Assembly (NCBI GenBank): GCA_963722105.1
Contig: CAVRKQ010000008.1
Location: 7,433-71,432 of the forward strand
DNA length: 64,000 nucleotides
From: an uncultured Chloroflexia bacterium
GTDB lineage: Bacteria > Chloroflexota > Limnocylindria > Limnocylindrales > CSP1-4
Direction: 5' to 3'
Position 1 is the stretch's first letter; every line of letters begins with the position of its first letter. The notes under the pieces are model-generated. The model was not told the origin of the DNA and did not search any database. It saw nothing but the letters and a program-made list of their open reading frames with translations. This document shows, one piece after another, positions 20,473 through 30,001 of the stretch. The position numbers and the translations under genes were made by a program.

Positions 20473-21711
20473 GTGACGTTCCCGTCGAAAGCAACCCACC
20501 AGCAGACGCGTGCCCACAACGCCGCGCTCGTCTTGAAGGCCCTCTATGACCACGGTCCGATCAGCCGCGCCGAGGTGGCGCGGATGAGCGGGCTGACCCG
20601 GACGACCGTCGGGGAGGTCGTGGGCGAGCTCATGGCCGACGGCATGGCGCAAGAGGTCGGTCGCGGCCCATCGACCGGCGGCAAAGCCCCGATCCTCCTC
20701 GAGCTCGTCGACGGTGCCCGCTGCGTCATCGGCCTCGACCTTGGCGAGACCGTGTTCCGCGGCGCACTGCTGGACCTTCGCGGCCGCATCCTCGAGACGG
20801 TCGAGCGGGAGGTCGGCGGGCTCGGCGGGCTCGGTGGGCTCGACGGCGAGCAGGCGCTCGCGGTGGTCTACGACCTGGTCGATGCGCTCCAGCACAAGGT
20901 CGCCGGCGGCGTGCCGCTGCTCGGGATCGGGATCGGCACCCCCGGCATCGTCGACGCCGAGACGGGCAGCATCCGGTGGGCCGTGAACCTCGATTGGCAG
21001 GATCTGCCACTCGGTGACCTGCTGGCGGAGCGATATGGCGTCCCGGTCCAGGTGGCCAACGACTCGCGCGCCGCGGCGCTGGCCATCCATCTCTTCAGCG
21101 GGAACGGGGCGAGCCCTCGACCGGCGAACCTCATCGCGATCACGGTGGGGCTCGGGATCGGCGCCGGCCTGGTGATCGGTGGCGAGCTCTTCCACGGCGA
21201 TGGCTTCGGCGCCGGCGAGATCGGCCACACGACCGTCGAGGAAGACGGTGACGAGTGTCGCTGCGGTCGCTTCGGCTGCCTCGAGACCGTCGCCAGCTCG
21301 CGCGCGATCCTCCGCCGCGCGACCGACGCTGCCAGGGAGAACCCGGCGTCCAGCCTCGGCGTGCGGCTTCGCGAGGCCGGGGAGCTGCACCTCGAGGACG
21401 TCGCGGCCGCCAACGCGTCCGGCGACGAATCCGCGCGCCGGATCGTCCTTGCGGCGGGCAACTATCTCGGCCAAGCCGTCGCCGGGCTGATCGGCGTGCT
21501 CGACATCGAGCGGGTGGTGCTGCACGGCAGCGTCGCCGTCCTCGGCGAGCCGTGGCTCGAGGCGGTCCGGAGCGAGGCCCGGCGAAGGGCGCTGCCGATG
21601 CTGACGAATGCGGTGTCGATCGAGCTGGCGGAGCCCATCGGCGATCCGGCGGTGATGGGTGCGTCGGCGCTCCTCCTGACCGCCGAGCTCGGGCTCGCGG
21701 CGGTTCGCTGA
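20473..21711 (+). CDS. ROK-family transcriptional regulator
   Basis: The N-terminal wHTH reads NAALVLKALYDHGPISRAEVARMSGLTRTTVGEVVGEL. The ROK sugar-kinase fold includes the Zn motif GHTTVEEDGDECRCGRFGCLE. The start is uncertain: GTG 20473 is proposed, while the ORF track begins at 20362 inside the promoter. Confidence 0.8.
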   Translation: MTFPSKATHQQTRAHNAALVLKALYDHGPISRAEVARMSGLTRTTVGEVVGELMADGMAQEVGRGPSTGGKAPILLELVDGARCVIGLDLGETVFRGALLDLRGRILETVEREVGGLGGLGGLDGEQALAVVYDLVDALQHKVAGGVPLLGIGIGTPGIVDAETGSIRWAVNLDWQDLPLGDLLAERYGVPVQVANDSRAAALAIHLFSGNGASPRPANLIAITVGLGIGAGLVIGGELFHGDGFGAGEIGHTTVEEDGDECRCGRFGCLETVASSRAILRRATDAARENPASSLGVRLREAGELHLEDVAAANASGDESARRIVLAAGNYLGQAVAGLIGVLDIERVVLHGSVAVLGEPWLEAVRSEARRRALPMLTNAVSIELAEPIGDPAVMGASALLLTAELGLAAVR

Positions 21712-22727
21712 TGTCGCGGGAGCTCCTCGTCGGCGTCGACATCGGCGGCACGAAGACCGCGATCCTCGTGTGCGACCCGAGGGACGGCGAGGCCGGTGGG
21801 TCGGTCCGAGCCCGGGCGGTGGCGCCAACCGCCGTCGGCGCCTCGGAGCGCGCCGCGGACTCCATCGCGAGCCTCGTCGCCGCCGCACTCGCCCAGGCTT
21901 CTGCCACGCCCGACGACGTCGCGGCCCTCGGCGTCGGCGTCCCCGGCCGGGTGGACCGCGAGACCGGGCACGTCACGCTCGCGGTCAACCTCGACTGGCA
22001 CGACCTGCCGCTCGCGCGTCGCCTGGAGGCGCGGCTCGGCATCCCGACCACGGTGGAAAACGACGTCCGAGCGGCGGCGCTGGGCCTCCACCAGCGTCGC
22101 CTGTTCGGATCGGCGACGTCGCTCGCCTTCCTCGCGATCGGCACCGGCATCTCCGCAGGCGTCGTCCTCGATGGTCGGCTCCATCGGGGCGCGCTGGGCC
22201 TCGCGGGTGAGATCGGGCACGTGATCATCGACCCGACCGGAGCCCGCTGCGCCTGCGGCAATCGCGGCTGCTTCGAGACGGTCGCCGCGGGCCCCGCCAT
22301 CGTGCGGAAGACCCTCGCAGGCTGGGCCGCGCGCCGCAATGGCAGCGCCGCCTCCGACGGGGAGCGACCCCTGCCCGGGGCCGAGGCGGTCTTCGCTGCG
22401 GCAGGTGGCGGCGACGAGGTCGCGCGGGACGTTGTCGAGTCAGCTGGTCGCGCCGTGGCCTGGGGCATCCACTTGCTTGCCCTCGCCTACGACGTTGAGC
22501 GGATCGTCCTCGGTGGCGGCGTCTCGCATGCCGGCGAGCCGTTCATGGCGCCGATCCTCCAGGAGCTCGACCGGTACCGCACGGCCTCGCCGCTCGCGGC
22601 GGAGATCCTGCGGCCGGACCTCGTCCAGCTCCTGCCGCCCGGCGCGGACGCGGGCGCCTGGGGTGCCGTGGCGATTGCCCGCGAGTCGCTGGCGCGGACC
22701 CCGGAGCCGGCCCATGGCAGCCACTGA
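21711..22727 (+). CDS. ROK-family sugar kinase
   Basis: The protein has no HTH. It carries the ATP motif VGVDIGGTKTA and the Zn motif GHVIIDPTGARCACGNRGCFE. The ATG overlaps the upstream TGA (TGATG). Confidence 0.8.
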   Translation: MSRELLVGVDIGGTKTAILVCDPRDGEAGGSVRARAVAPTAVGASERAADSIASLVAAALAQASATPDDVAALGVGVPGRVDRETGHVTLAVNLDWHDLPLARRLEARLGIPTTVENDVRAAALGLHQRRLFGSATSLAFLAIGTGISAGVVLDGRLHRGALGLAGEIGHVIIDPTGARCACGNRGCFETVAAGPAIVRKTLAGWAARRNGSAASDGERPLPGAEAVFAAAGGGDEVARDVVESAGRAVAWGIHLLALAYDVERIVLGGGVSHAGEPFMAPILQELDRYRTASPLAAEILRPDLVQLLPPGADAGAWGAVAIARESLARTPEPAHGSH

Positions 22728-24396
22728 GCTCCAACCCGAGGTGAAGCCCGGAACACCCGAGGCGGTGGTCGAGTCTCCGGTCGGGGCGCCCGATCCGCTG
22801 GAGCGGCTCATGCTGGCGTTCCGGGGAGCCACGCCGCCCCAGTGGCTGACGGAACGGCTCGGCGCCGCCCCCGTCGCCGGGCTCACCCTCTTCCGCGCCC
22901 CGAACCTTCGCTCCCCCGAGCAGGTCCGGGGGCTCACGACGAGCCTGCAGGCGGCCGCGCGCGGGCGCACACGCAAGCACGCCGGCGAGGACCTGCCGCT
23001 GCTCATCGCCGTCGACCAGGAGGGCGGCCAGCTCCTGTCGCTGGGCGACGGCTTCACGGCGTTCGCGGGCCCGATGGCGATCGGCGCGACCGGAGACGCG
23101 GACCTCGCCGAACGCGTCGGCCGGGCGATCGGGCTGGAGCTGCGTGCCGTTGGCGTGAACGTCAACTACGGGCCCGACCTCGACGTCGCGTCGAACCCCG
23201 CCAACCCGGCCCTCGGGATCCGGTCCTTCGGGGACGACCCGGCGGCGGTGGCGGGGCTCGGAGCTGCATGGCTGCGGGGCGTCCAGTCGGCGGGTGTCGG
23301 GGCGACCGGCAAGCACTTCCCGGGCCTGGGCGGTATCGCGGTCGATACCCACCACCAGCTCGGCCTGGTCGACCGCACGCGGGAAGAGCTCGAAGCGCGC
23401 GAGCTCGTGCCGTTTCGAGCGGCGTTGCGGGCCGGCGTGCGGCTGGTCATGTCCGGCCACTTCGCCGTTCCCGCGCTGACCGGCAGCAGGTCGCTGCCGT
23501 CGACGCTCTCCCGCTCGATGATGCACGAGCTGCTTCGCGACGAGCTCGGGTTCGCCGGTGTCTCGATCACCGATGCGCTCGATATGAAGGCCATCCCGCA
23601 AGGGGCCGCCCAGGCGGTCGCGGTCGTGACCGCGCTGGACGCCGGCGTGGACCTGTTGCTCACGACGCCCGACCGCCGGGCGCAGCGGCGCATCGAGACG
23701 GCGATCCTCCGCGCGGCCTCGACCGCCGTGCTCGACGCGGACGCTGCTCGAACGTCGATGGCCCGCGTTCGCGCGCTGCGTCGGTGGCTCGGCGGGTTCG
23801 AGGACCCACCGATCGAGGTGGTCAATTCCGCGGAGCACCAGGCGCTCGCCCGGAAGCTCGCCGCGCGATCGCTGACGCTCGTTCGCGACGACGCGGGGCT
23901 GCTCCCGCTTCGAGTCGGCACGGAAGCGAGAATCGGCGCCGTGATGCCCGCGCCGCGCGACTTGACGCCCGCCGACACCTCCTCCTACGTTCGCCCCACG
24001 CTCGCCAAGGCCCTCCGCGCCCACCACGCGGCGGTCGACGAGGTCGTGACCTCGCACCCGCCCACGAGGAAGGAGATCGCGGCGCTGCGCGAGAAGGCCG
24101 CGAGCTGGGACGTCATCGTCGCCGGCACGATCGCGGTCTCGGAGGGTTCGCCCCAGGCGGAGCTCATCGAGGCGCTCGCCTCGACCGGCCGGCCGCTCGT
24201 CACCGTCGCGCTCAGGACGCCCTGGGACCTCGCGGCCTACCCGCAGGTCCCGACGCACATCGCGACGTTCTCGATCCTGCGGGAGTCGATGGACGCGCTC
24301 GCGGCCGCGCTGTTCGGGGCCGCCGGGGCGCCCGCCGACGCGTTCCCGGGCCGCCTTCCCGTCCGGCTCGACGTCCGTGCGGGCGCGCCGGCATGA
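22714..24396 (+). CDS. GH3 glycoside hydrolase (NagZ-like beta-N-acetylhexosaminidase or beta-glucosidase)
   Basis: Motifs are IAVDQEGGQ, GVNVNYGPDLDV, IRSFGDDP, KHFPGLGG..DTH and SITDALDM. Confidence 0.8.
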   Translation: MAATELQPEVKPGTPEAVVESPVGAPDPLERLMLAFRGATPPQWLTERLGAAPVAGLTLFRAPNLRSPEQVRGLTTSLQAAARGRTRKHAGEDLPLLIAVDQEGGQLLSLGDGFTAFAGPMAIGATGDADLAERVGRAIGLELRAVGVNVNYGPDLDVASNPANPALGIRSFGDDPAAVAGLGAAWLRGVQSAGVGATGKHFPGLGGIAVDTHHQLGLVDRTREELEARELVPFRAALRAGVRLVMSGHFAVPALTGSRSLPSTLSRSMMHELLRDELGFAGVSITDALDMKAIPQGAAQAVAVVTALDAGVDLLLTTPDRRAQRRIETAILRAASTAVLDADAARTSMARVRALRRWLGGFEDPPIEVVNSAEHQALARKLAARSLTLVRDDAGLLPLRVGTEARIGAVMPAPRDLTPADTSSYVRPTLAKALRAHHAAVDEVVTSHPPTRKEIAALREKAASWDVIVAGTIAVSEGSPQAELIEALASTGRPLVTVALRTPWDLAAYPQVPTHIATFSILRESMDALAAALFGAAGAPADAFPGRLPVRLDVRAGAPA

Positions 24397-25441
24397 GCCT
24401 CCACGACGAGATCCTCGAGCAGCCGGACGCGCTCCGCCGGCAGCTTGCCGCGCCCTCGCCGGGGCTCGCAGACGCTCGCCTCGCGCCTCCGCGAGGATCC
24501 CGTCGACACGGTCGTCATCGCCGCGCGCGGGACGTCCGACCACGCCGCGATCTACGGCCAGTACGTCCTCGGGGTCCGGAACGGGCTGTCGGTCGGGCTG
24601 GCGACGCCATCGATCGTGTCGCTCTACGGCGCCGAGCCGCGCGTCGGGCGGTCGCTCGTCGTCGGGATCAGCCAGTCGGGTGCGTCGCCGGACATCATCG
24701 CGGTGGTCTCGTCCGCGCGACGCCAGGGAGCGCCTACGCTCGCGATCACGAACGACCCTGCCAGCCCGCTCGCCGAGGAGGCGGCGTACGTCCTCGACCT
24801 CGCGGCGGGCCCCGAGCTGGCCATCGCCGCGACGAAGACCTACACGACGTCGCTGCTGGCGATCGCCAGGCTGTCGCTGGCCCTCGACCAGGACGCCGCG
24901 GACGACGCAGCGATCGGCGCGCGTCCCGGACGCCGTCGCCGCGGTCCTCGGGCTCGAGTCGACCGTCCAGGAGATCGCAGCGACCCTCGCCGCCGAGGCC
25001 GGCGGCTTCGATCGCTGCGTCGTCGTCGGTCGAGGCTACGAGTACGCCACCGCGCGGGAGTGGGCGCTCAAGCTCAAGGAGCTGGGCCGGGTCTTCGCGG
25101 ATCCCTACTCGTCCGCCGACTTCCGGCACGGCCCCATCGCGCTCGTCCAGCCCGGCATCCCCGTGCTGGTCCTCGCACCCTCGGGCGCGGCGGCCGACGG
25201 GCAGCTGGAGCTCCTGCGCGACCTGGGCGAGCGGGACGTCGAGACCGTCGTGGTCTCGGACGACCCGGAGGCGCTCGCGCTCGGCCGCTGGTCCATCCCG
25301 ATTCCCGCCACCGTGCCGGAGTGGCTCCGCCCGATCGTCTCGATCGTCCCGGCGCAGCTCTTCGCCTACCACGCGACCCTGGCCCGCGGCCTGGACCCGG
25401 ACGCGCCGCGCTACATCTCGAAGGTCACACGAACCGTGTAG
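24393..25441 (+). pseudogene. SIS-domain sugar-phosphate isomerase/deaminase (GlmS C-terminal-like, NagB-II/AgaS-like), two frame changes as assembled
   Basis: The start MSLHDEILEQPDALRRQL is an ATGA overlap with GH3. The sequence continues VVIAARGTSDHAAIYGQY..GISQSGASPDI..AIAATKTYT in the frame of 24445. It ends in the frame of 24377 with VVVGRGYEYATAREWALKLKE. Shifts occur near 24440-24480 and 24915-24925. Confidence 0.75.
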
Positions 25442-25450
25442 CTGGACTCA

Positions 25451-25712
25451 GTGAGCCCGGCGCCCACGGTCGCCGCTGGTGCGACCGCGACGCCGGTGCC
25501 GTCGCTGCTCGAGGGCGAACCCTGTTCACTTGAGCCGGCGACCGGGCCGGAGGACGTTTGCCCGATGCCCGCCGGCGAGTACCACTCGACGACGTTCGGG
25601 CCTGGCGTCACCTTCACCCTGGTCGGCGAGGGCTGGAGCAACGTCTCGAACGAGTTGGATGTCGTCACCGGCGTCGACCGGGAGGGCCAATGGTTCTCGT
25701 TCATCAGCGGCG
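25451..25712 (+). pseudogene. fragment of a secreted hypothetical protein gene
   Basis: The protein-like stretch CPMPAGEYHSTTFGPGVTFTLVGEGWSNVSNELDVVTGVDREGQWFSFISGA has no signal peptide and no plausible C-terminus. Downstream sequence turns into low-complexity translation. Confidence 0.3.
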
Positions 25713-25952
25713 CGCCGGTTGGTCCATCCGGGCCTCTCGCCGCGTCGCGGCCAGGGACCGGAGCTGCTCCGCATCAAGCTGGTCCGGCGCGATCGCGGCC
25801 ACTCGCGCGCGGGTCGACGCACGGAGCGTCGCGGTCCTGACCCGGCACTGCTGGGCCGATTCGTGCGGGGCAGCCCACCGCGGGCGAGGCGATGCGAGGC
25901 GAACCGCGCCGAATCGGTCGTTAGCTGTCCGGGAGCGAGAGTTGGAGGATCC

Positions 25953-26015
25953 GTGCTGGGGTGCCGGCCTGCTGGCGTGCCGGCCTGCTGGGGTGCCGGC
26001 ACTGCTGGCGTGCAC
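25953..26015. repeat. 16-17 bp tandem repeat, about 3.5 copies
   Basis: The copies are GTGCCGGCCTGCTGGC (25961-25976), GTGCCGGCCTGCTGGG (25977-25992) and GTGCCGGCACTGCTGGC (25993-26009), with partial copies at each end. Confidence 0.85.
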
Positions 26016-26035
26016 TCCGCCGAGGCGCGAGTTGC

Positions 26036-27004
26036 CTAGAGGCCGCTGTAGGCGTGGAGCCCCGTGAACCAGAGCGAGCCGGAGTAGGTCACGAGGACCA
26101 TCGCGAAGCCCACGACGAGCAGCAGCGCCGACGGTCGTCCGGCCCAGGCGCGCTGGTTGCGCGCGTGGAGGTAGATGGCGTAGACGAGCCAGGTGACGAG
26201 CGCCGCGGTCTCCTTGGGGTCCCAGCCCCAGTAGCGGGACCAGGCGATCGAGGCCCACCACGAACCGAGGATGATCATCGTCGCGAAGATCGGGAAGCCG
26301 ATGATCACCGCCCGGTAGGCCACCGAATCGAGCACCCGGTGCGATGGCAGCCACGCGAACCGGTCCGCCTTGCCCTGGATCAGGTAGCCGATCCCGGCCG
26401 CGAACGACGTCGCGAAGATCCCGTAGGACACCACCGCGAGCCCGACATGAATGGTGAGGAGCGGCGGGTTCTGGAGCGCGGGCACGAGCGGGTTGACCTC
26501 GTGCGGCAACGATGACGCGTAGAGCGCCAGCGCGAGGGCGACGCCGACCGGAATGAAGGCGATCGAGGCGATCGGGTAGCGCCGCCCCAGCACGAGGTAG
26601 CCGAGCAGGATCGAGGTCGCGAACGCGACCGAGAACTCGAATAGGTTGCCCCACGGTCCGCGTCCCACGATCACCGCGCGCACCGCCATCGAGGCGAGCA
26701 GGACGCCGAAGGCCGTGAGCGTGAGCCATTTCGACGCGCTCGAGAGCGGCGACGGTGCCGCGAAATCCGCGGGACCGGCGGCGGCGATGGCCGACCGGGT
26801 CTGGACGAACGAGCCCGTCGCGACGCCGGCCCAGGCGGGCTTGACCGGGCCGCTGACGAAGGCCCCGGCTGCCCCAGCAGCGGCGGCGAGCGCGCGGCGC
26901 CCGTTGGCAAGCATCACCGCGTGTCCGACGGTCGCGGCGAAGGAGAAGGCGAGGACGATGGTCCCGAGCGCGAAGAGGGCCTGGGTCAGGAACTCGAGAT
27001 CCAT
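26036..27004 (-). CDS. ccsA: cytochrome c biogenesis protein CcsA/ResC
   Basis: It is polytopic and carries the WWD-type haem-handling motif SWWASIAWSRYWGWDPKE plus conserved His residues. The ATG at 27004 starts MDLEFLTQALF. Confidence 0.85.
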   Translation of the reverse strand: MDLEFLTQALFALGTIVLAFSFAATVGHAVMLANGRRALAAAAGAAGAFVSGPVKPAWAGVATGSFVQTRSAIAAAGPADFAAPSPLSSASKWLTLTAFGVLLASMAVRAVIVGRGPWGNLFEFSVAFATSILLGYLVLGRRYPIASIAFIPVGVALALALYASSLPHEVNPLVPALQNPPLLTIHVGLAVVSYGIFATSFAAGIGYLIQGKADRFAWLPSHRVLDSVAYRAVIIGFPIFATMIILGSWWASIAWSRYWGWDPKETAALVTWLVYAIYLHARNQRAWAGRPSALLLVVGFAMVLVTYSGSLWFTGLHAYSGL

Positions 27005-27031
27005 GGTGGCTCCGCTGCTGGCTGGGAGGTC

Positions 27032-27067
27032 GTGGAGTGGTGGAGTGGTGGAGTGGTGGCGTGGTGG
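27032..27067. repeat. octamer tandem repeat (GTGGAGTG), about 4.5 copies, in the ccsA 5' leader
   Basis: There are three perfect GTGGAGTG copies, then GTGGCGTG and GTGGCCCC. The array lies between ccsA (start 27004) and the upstream gene (stop 27115). Confidence 0.85.
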
Positions 27068-27114
27068 CCCCGTGACGGCTCCGACCGTGGCGCCGGTTCC
27101 CGGCACCTTCCCGA

Positions 27115-27588
27115 TCAGGCCGCCGCGGCGCCTCCGGGCGGTGGTCCGGCGGGTCGGAGCGCCGGGACGGCCCGGTCGATCTTGAGGACGAGGCCGCAGG
27201 TGCCACAGGTGTCGACGTAGGCGGCGCGACCGGTCGAGCACTTCGGGCAGATCACCGCGAGGTCGCGCTTGTCGATCTCGCAGCGGGTCTCGCCGAAGGG
27301 GTAGACGAGCTGGTGGACGGCGCAATACGGCTCGCCGGCGGGGTAGACGGGTTGACCGTCGACGATCCGAGCCGGCTGCGGCACGGGCGGCGTGTAGGCG
27401 ACCCGCGAGCGGGGCTTGCCGAGGAAGTAGACGACCCAGCCCAGGACCAGCAGCGACAGCAGCGGCCCGACCACGCCGATAAGCAGCAGCAGGGGGAAGA
27501 GGTCGACGAGCGCCTTCCAGTCGGGAAGGATGATCGGCTCGAGGAAGTCGATGATGCCCTGGAACAGCTGGCCGATCGCGTCGAACAT
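27115..27588 (-). CDS. small membrane protein with C-terminal zinc-ribbon
   Basis: MFDAIGQLFQGIIDF is followed by a TM helix (FPLLLLIGVVGPLLSLLVLGWVVYFLG) and the Cys pairs CAVH..CEID and CPKC..CGTC. Confidence 0.6.
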   Translation of the reverse strand: MFDAIGQLFQGIIDFLEPIILPDWKALVDLFPLLLLIGVVGPLLSLLVLGWVVYFLGKPRSRVAYTPPVPQPARIVDGQPVYPAGEPYCAVHQLVYPFGETRCEIDKRDLAVICPKCSTGRAAYVDTCGTCGLVLKIDRAVPALRPAGPPPGGAAAA

Positions 27589-27598
27589 CGGGGAAATC

Positions 27599-28198
27599 CT
27601 AGCCGCTCGAACTCCGCGGCGCGCCGGGCCCCGGGCGCCCGGGTGCGCGGGGCGGACGTGGCAGCCCGACGCCAGACGCCGCACCGCCACGGAGCCGATC
27701 GCCGAGCCAGGCGGTGCCCTCGACGCGAACGCCGTTGGCGCGGGCATGGCGGCGGACCTCGCGATCGTCGGAGACCACCACGACCGACCAGATGTCCACC
27801 GGGCCGAGGGCCCGGTACGCTTCGGCGACCCGCTCGCCGATGACCCAGTCCGCGCTGGCGCCCTTGGTGAACACCACGATCAGGCCCGGCGCCATGCGGC
27901 CCTGCGGGCTCCGCCCGGCGTGGCCGTCCAGGACCAGCTCGACCGCCGTCGGGGGCGCGAACGCGGCTCGAAGCCGGGCGATGAGCGCGGCCGTCGGGAG
28001 CGACGATCCCCGGTCGCGCGCGAGCGCGTGCTGCACGTTGCGGCCGTCGATGAGGACGCGGCTGATGGTTCCGGGCGGCAGGCTCACGCGGACGGCACCG
28101 GTGACCGCGTCAGTGACGGCGGCGCCCTCGCTGACGTGCGATTCGGTCGGGACCGGCCGCGCCGGCCCGCCCGGTCGACGCCGCCGGTGCGGCGGCAT
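27599..28198 (-). CDS. NYN/YacP-like ribonuclease-domain protein
   Basis: Motifs are VLIDGRNVQHA, VELVLDG, VVFTKGASADWVI and VVVVSDDREVRRHARANG. The ATG overlaps the upstream stop (TGATG). Confidence 0.55.
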   Translation of the reverse strand: MPPHRRRRPGGPARPVPTESHVSEGAAVTDAVTGAVRVSLPPGTISRVLIDGRNVQHALARDRGSSLPTAALIARLRAAFAPPTAVELVLDGHAGRSPQGRMAPGLIVVFTKGASADWVIGERVAEAYRALGPVDIWSVVVVSDDREVRRHARANGVRVEGTAWLGDRLRGGAASGVGLPRPPRAPGRPGPGAPRSSSG

Positions 28199-29067
28199 CA
28201 GGACCAGCGCGGCAGCGGCGCGAGATGCTCCACGATCAGGGACGCGAGCCGGTCCGGCGCCTCCATCGGGACGATGTGGGCGACGTTCGGCAGCCGCTCG
28301 ATCCGCGCGCCGGGGACCCGTTCGGCCACGATCTCCGCCGATCCGCGGGTGCCCTCCGTGTCGAGCTCGCCGATCACGACGAGCGTCGGCTGCACGATGG
28401 ACTCGAGGCTCTCGTAGGCGGTCTTCGTCGGGCGGACGCGCTCGCCATAGACCCGGCCCGGCTCCAGGAGCTCGCGGTCCATCGCCTTCATGGAGGCCCG
28501 CACGGTGGGGTCGGTACGGGCCGTCGGCGCGCTCTCGCCGTTCTCCCAGCCGTCGAACCAGATCCGGGTGTCGAGCTCGGCCGCGAGGTCCCAGTCGCCC
28601 GCCTCCTCGGCGTCCGACTCGGCCTTGAAGAGCGCGTCCTCGTTGGGGTTGGTGACCTCCTTGTCGAAGCCCCCGATCCCGCCACCGACCCAGACGTAGG
28701 CAACGAACCGGTCCGGCGCTGCGACGAGGCCATCGAGCGCGAAGACCGCGCCCATCGAGTTGCCGACGACCGCCGCCTTGCCGACGCCGAAATGGTCGAG
28801 GACGGCGAGGAGATCGTCGCTGGCGACGAACTCGACGTCCTGGCTCGTCGACTCGCCGAAGCCCCGCATGTCGTAGCGGATCGCGCGGTAGCCGGCCGCG
28901 ACCAGCCCGGGAACGACGCCGTTCCACGACCGGCGATTGACAACGGCCGAGTGCACGAGGACGACGGGCGGGCCGTCACCCTCGTCCTGGGCGGCGAGGC
29001 GGCCGCCCGGGATATCGATCCAGATGGTTTCCGACGTGGTGGTATCGAAGTTGGGTCGTGAAGGCAT
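28198..29067 (-). CDS. alpha/beta hydrolase
   Basis: It has PVVLVHS, the nucleophile elbow VVGNSMGA and a C-terminal VAHIVPME. Confidence 0.8.
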   Translation of the reverse strand: MPSRPNFDTTTSETIWIDIPGGRLAAQDEGDGPPVVLVHSAVVNRRSWNGVVPGLVAAGYRAIRYDMRGFGESTSQDVEFVASDDLLAVLDHFGVGKAAVVGNSMGAVFALDGLVAAPDRFVAYVWVGGGIGGFDKEVTNPNEDALFKAESDAEEAGDWDLAAELDTRIWFDGWENGESAPTARTDPTVRASMKAMDRELLEPGRVYGERVRPTKTAYESLESIVQPTLVVIGELDTEGTRGSAEIVAERVPGARIERLPNVAHIVPMEAPDRLASLIVEHLAPLPRWS

Positions 29068-29105
29068 CCGGCGATCCTAGCGCGCAGAAGCCCTAGCATC
29101 CCGGC

Positions 29106-29954
29106 ATGCCCCTCCTGCTCCTCGTCGACCTCGACGGCGTCGTCTATCGCGGCGACGATCCCATCCCCGGCGTCGCCGCCGTCCTGATGGACCGGGCGGA
29201 ACGGGGCGACGACATCGTCTACGTCACCAACAACTCGATGCACTACCGGGCCGACTACGTCCGGCGCCTGACCGAGCTCGGCGCGCCGGTCGCGCCGGAC
29301 CGAATCGTGAGCGCACCCCGGGCGACGGCCCTGTACCTGCAGGAGCGGCACCCGGAGGTCCGACGGGTCCTGGCCGTGGGCGCGGGCGGCCTGGACCGCG
29401 AGCTGCGCGACGTCGGGCTCGAGGTCGTGAACGCCGGCTACGTCGCGGAGCGCATGGCCAAGGAGGCCATCGACGGGGTCGCCGCGTCGGGCGGCGTGCA
29501 GGCCGTCGTGGCCGGCGTCGACCCGCAGATGACGTACCTGCGCATCGCCGCCGCGGCCGACTGTGTCCGCGCCGGCGCCCTGTTCATCGCCACGAACCGG
29601 GACCCGGTCTACCCGGTCGAGGTCGGGCTGCGGCCCGGCGCGGGAAGCATCGTCGCCGCGATCGAGGTCGCGTGTTCCGTGGTGCCGATCACGATCGGCA
29701 AGCCGGAGCCGCTGCTCATGGAGGAGGCCGCCCACGCCGTCGGGCGCGACCCGAAGGAGGGGATCGTGATCGGCGACGGGATCCTCACGGACATCGCCGC
29801 CGCCCGCGCCGTGGGCGCGCGTTCCGTCCTGATGCTCACGGGCGTGACGACCGGCGCAGCGCTCGAGGCCCTGCCGTCCACCGATCGACCGACCAAGGTC
29901 GCCGGGGACGCAAAGGAGCTCGCTCAGGTGCTGGAGGAGCTCGCGAGCGACTGA
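29106..29954 (+). CDS. HAD-IIA family hydrolase (NagD-like)
   Basis: It carries LLVDLDGVVYRG (motif I), YVTNNS, TIGKPEP and IGDGILTDI. Confidence 0.8.
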   Translation: MPLLLLVDLDGVVYRGDDPIPGVAAVLMDRAERGDDIVYVTNNSMHYRADYVRRLTELGAPVAPDRIVSAPRATALYLQERHPEVRRVLAVGAGGLDRELRDVGLEVVNAGYVAERMAKEAIDGVAASGGVQAVVAGVDPQMTYLRIAAAADCVRAGALFIATNRDPVYPVEVGLRPGAGSIVAAIEVACSVVPITIGKPEPLLMEEAAHAVGRDPKEGIVIGDGILTDIAAARAVGARSVLMLTGVTTGAALEALPSTDRPTKVAGDAKELAQVLEELASD

Positions 29955-30001
29955 GCTCGGATCGAGGGTTGCCGGGGCGTTCGCACGCTCGAGGCTGCCG
30001 C

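Noticed and set aside
25953-26015. CRISPR-like or coding significance of the short tandem repeats at 25953-26015, 27032-27067 and 44683-44737
   Set aside because: They are head-to-tail microsatellite-like arrays without spacers, all intergenic, with unit lengths of 16, 8 and 13 bp that are not multiples of 3.
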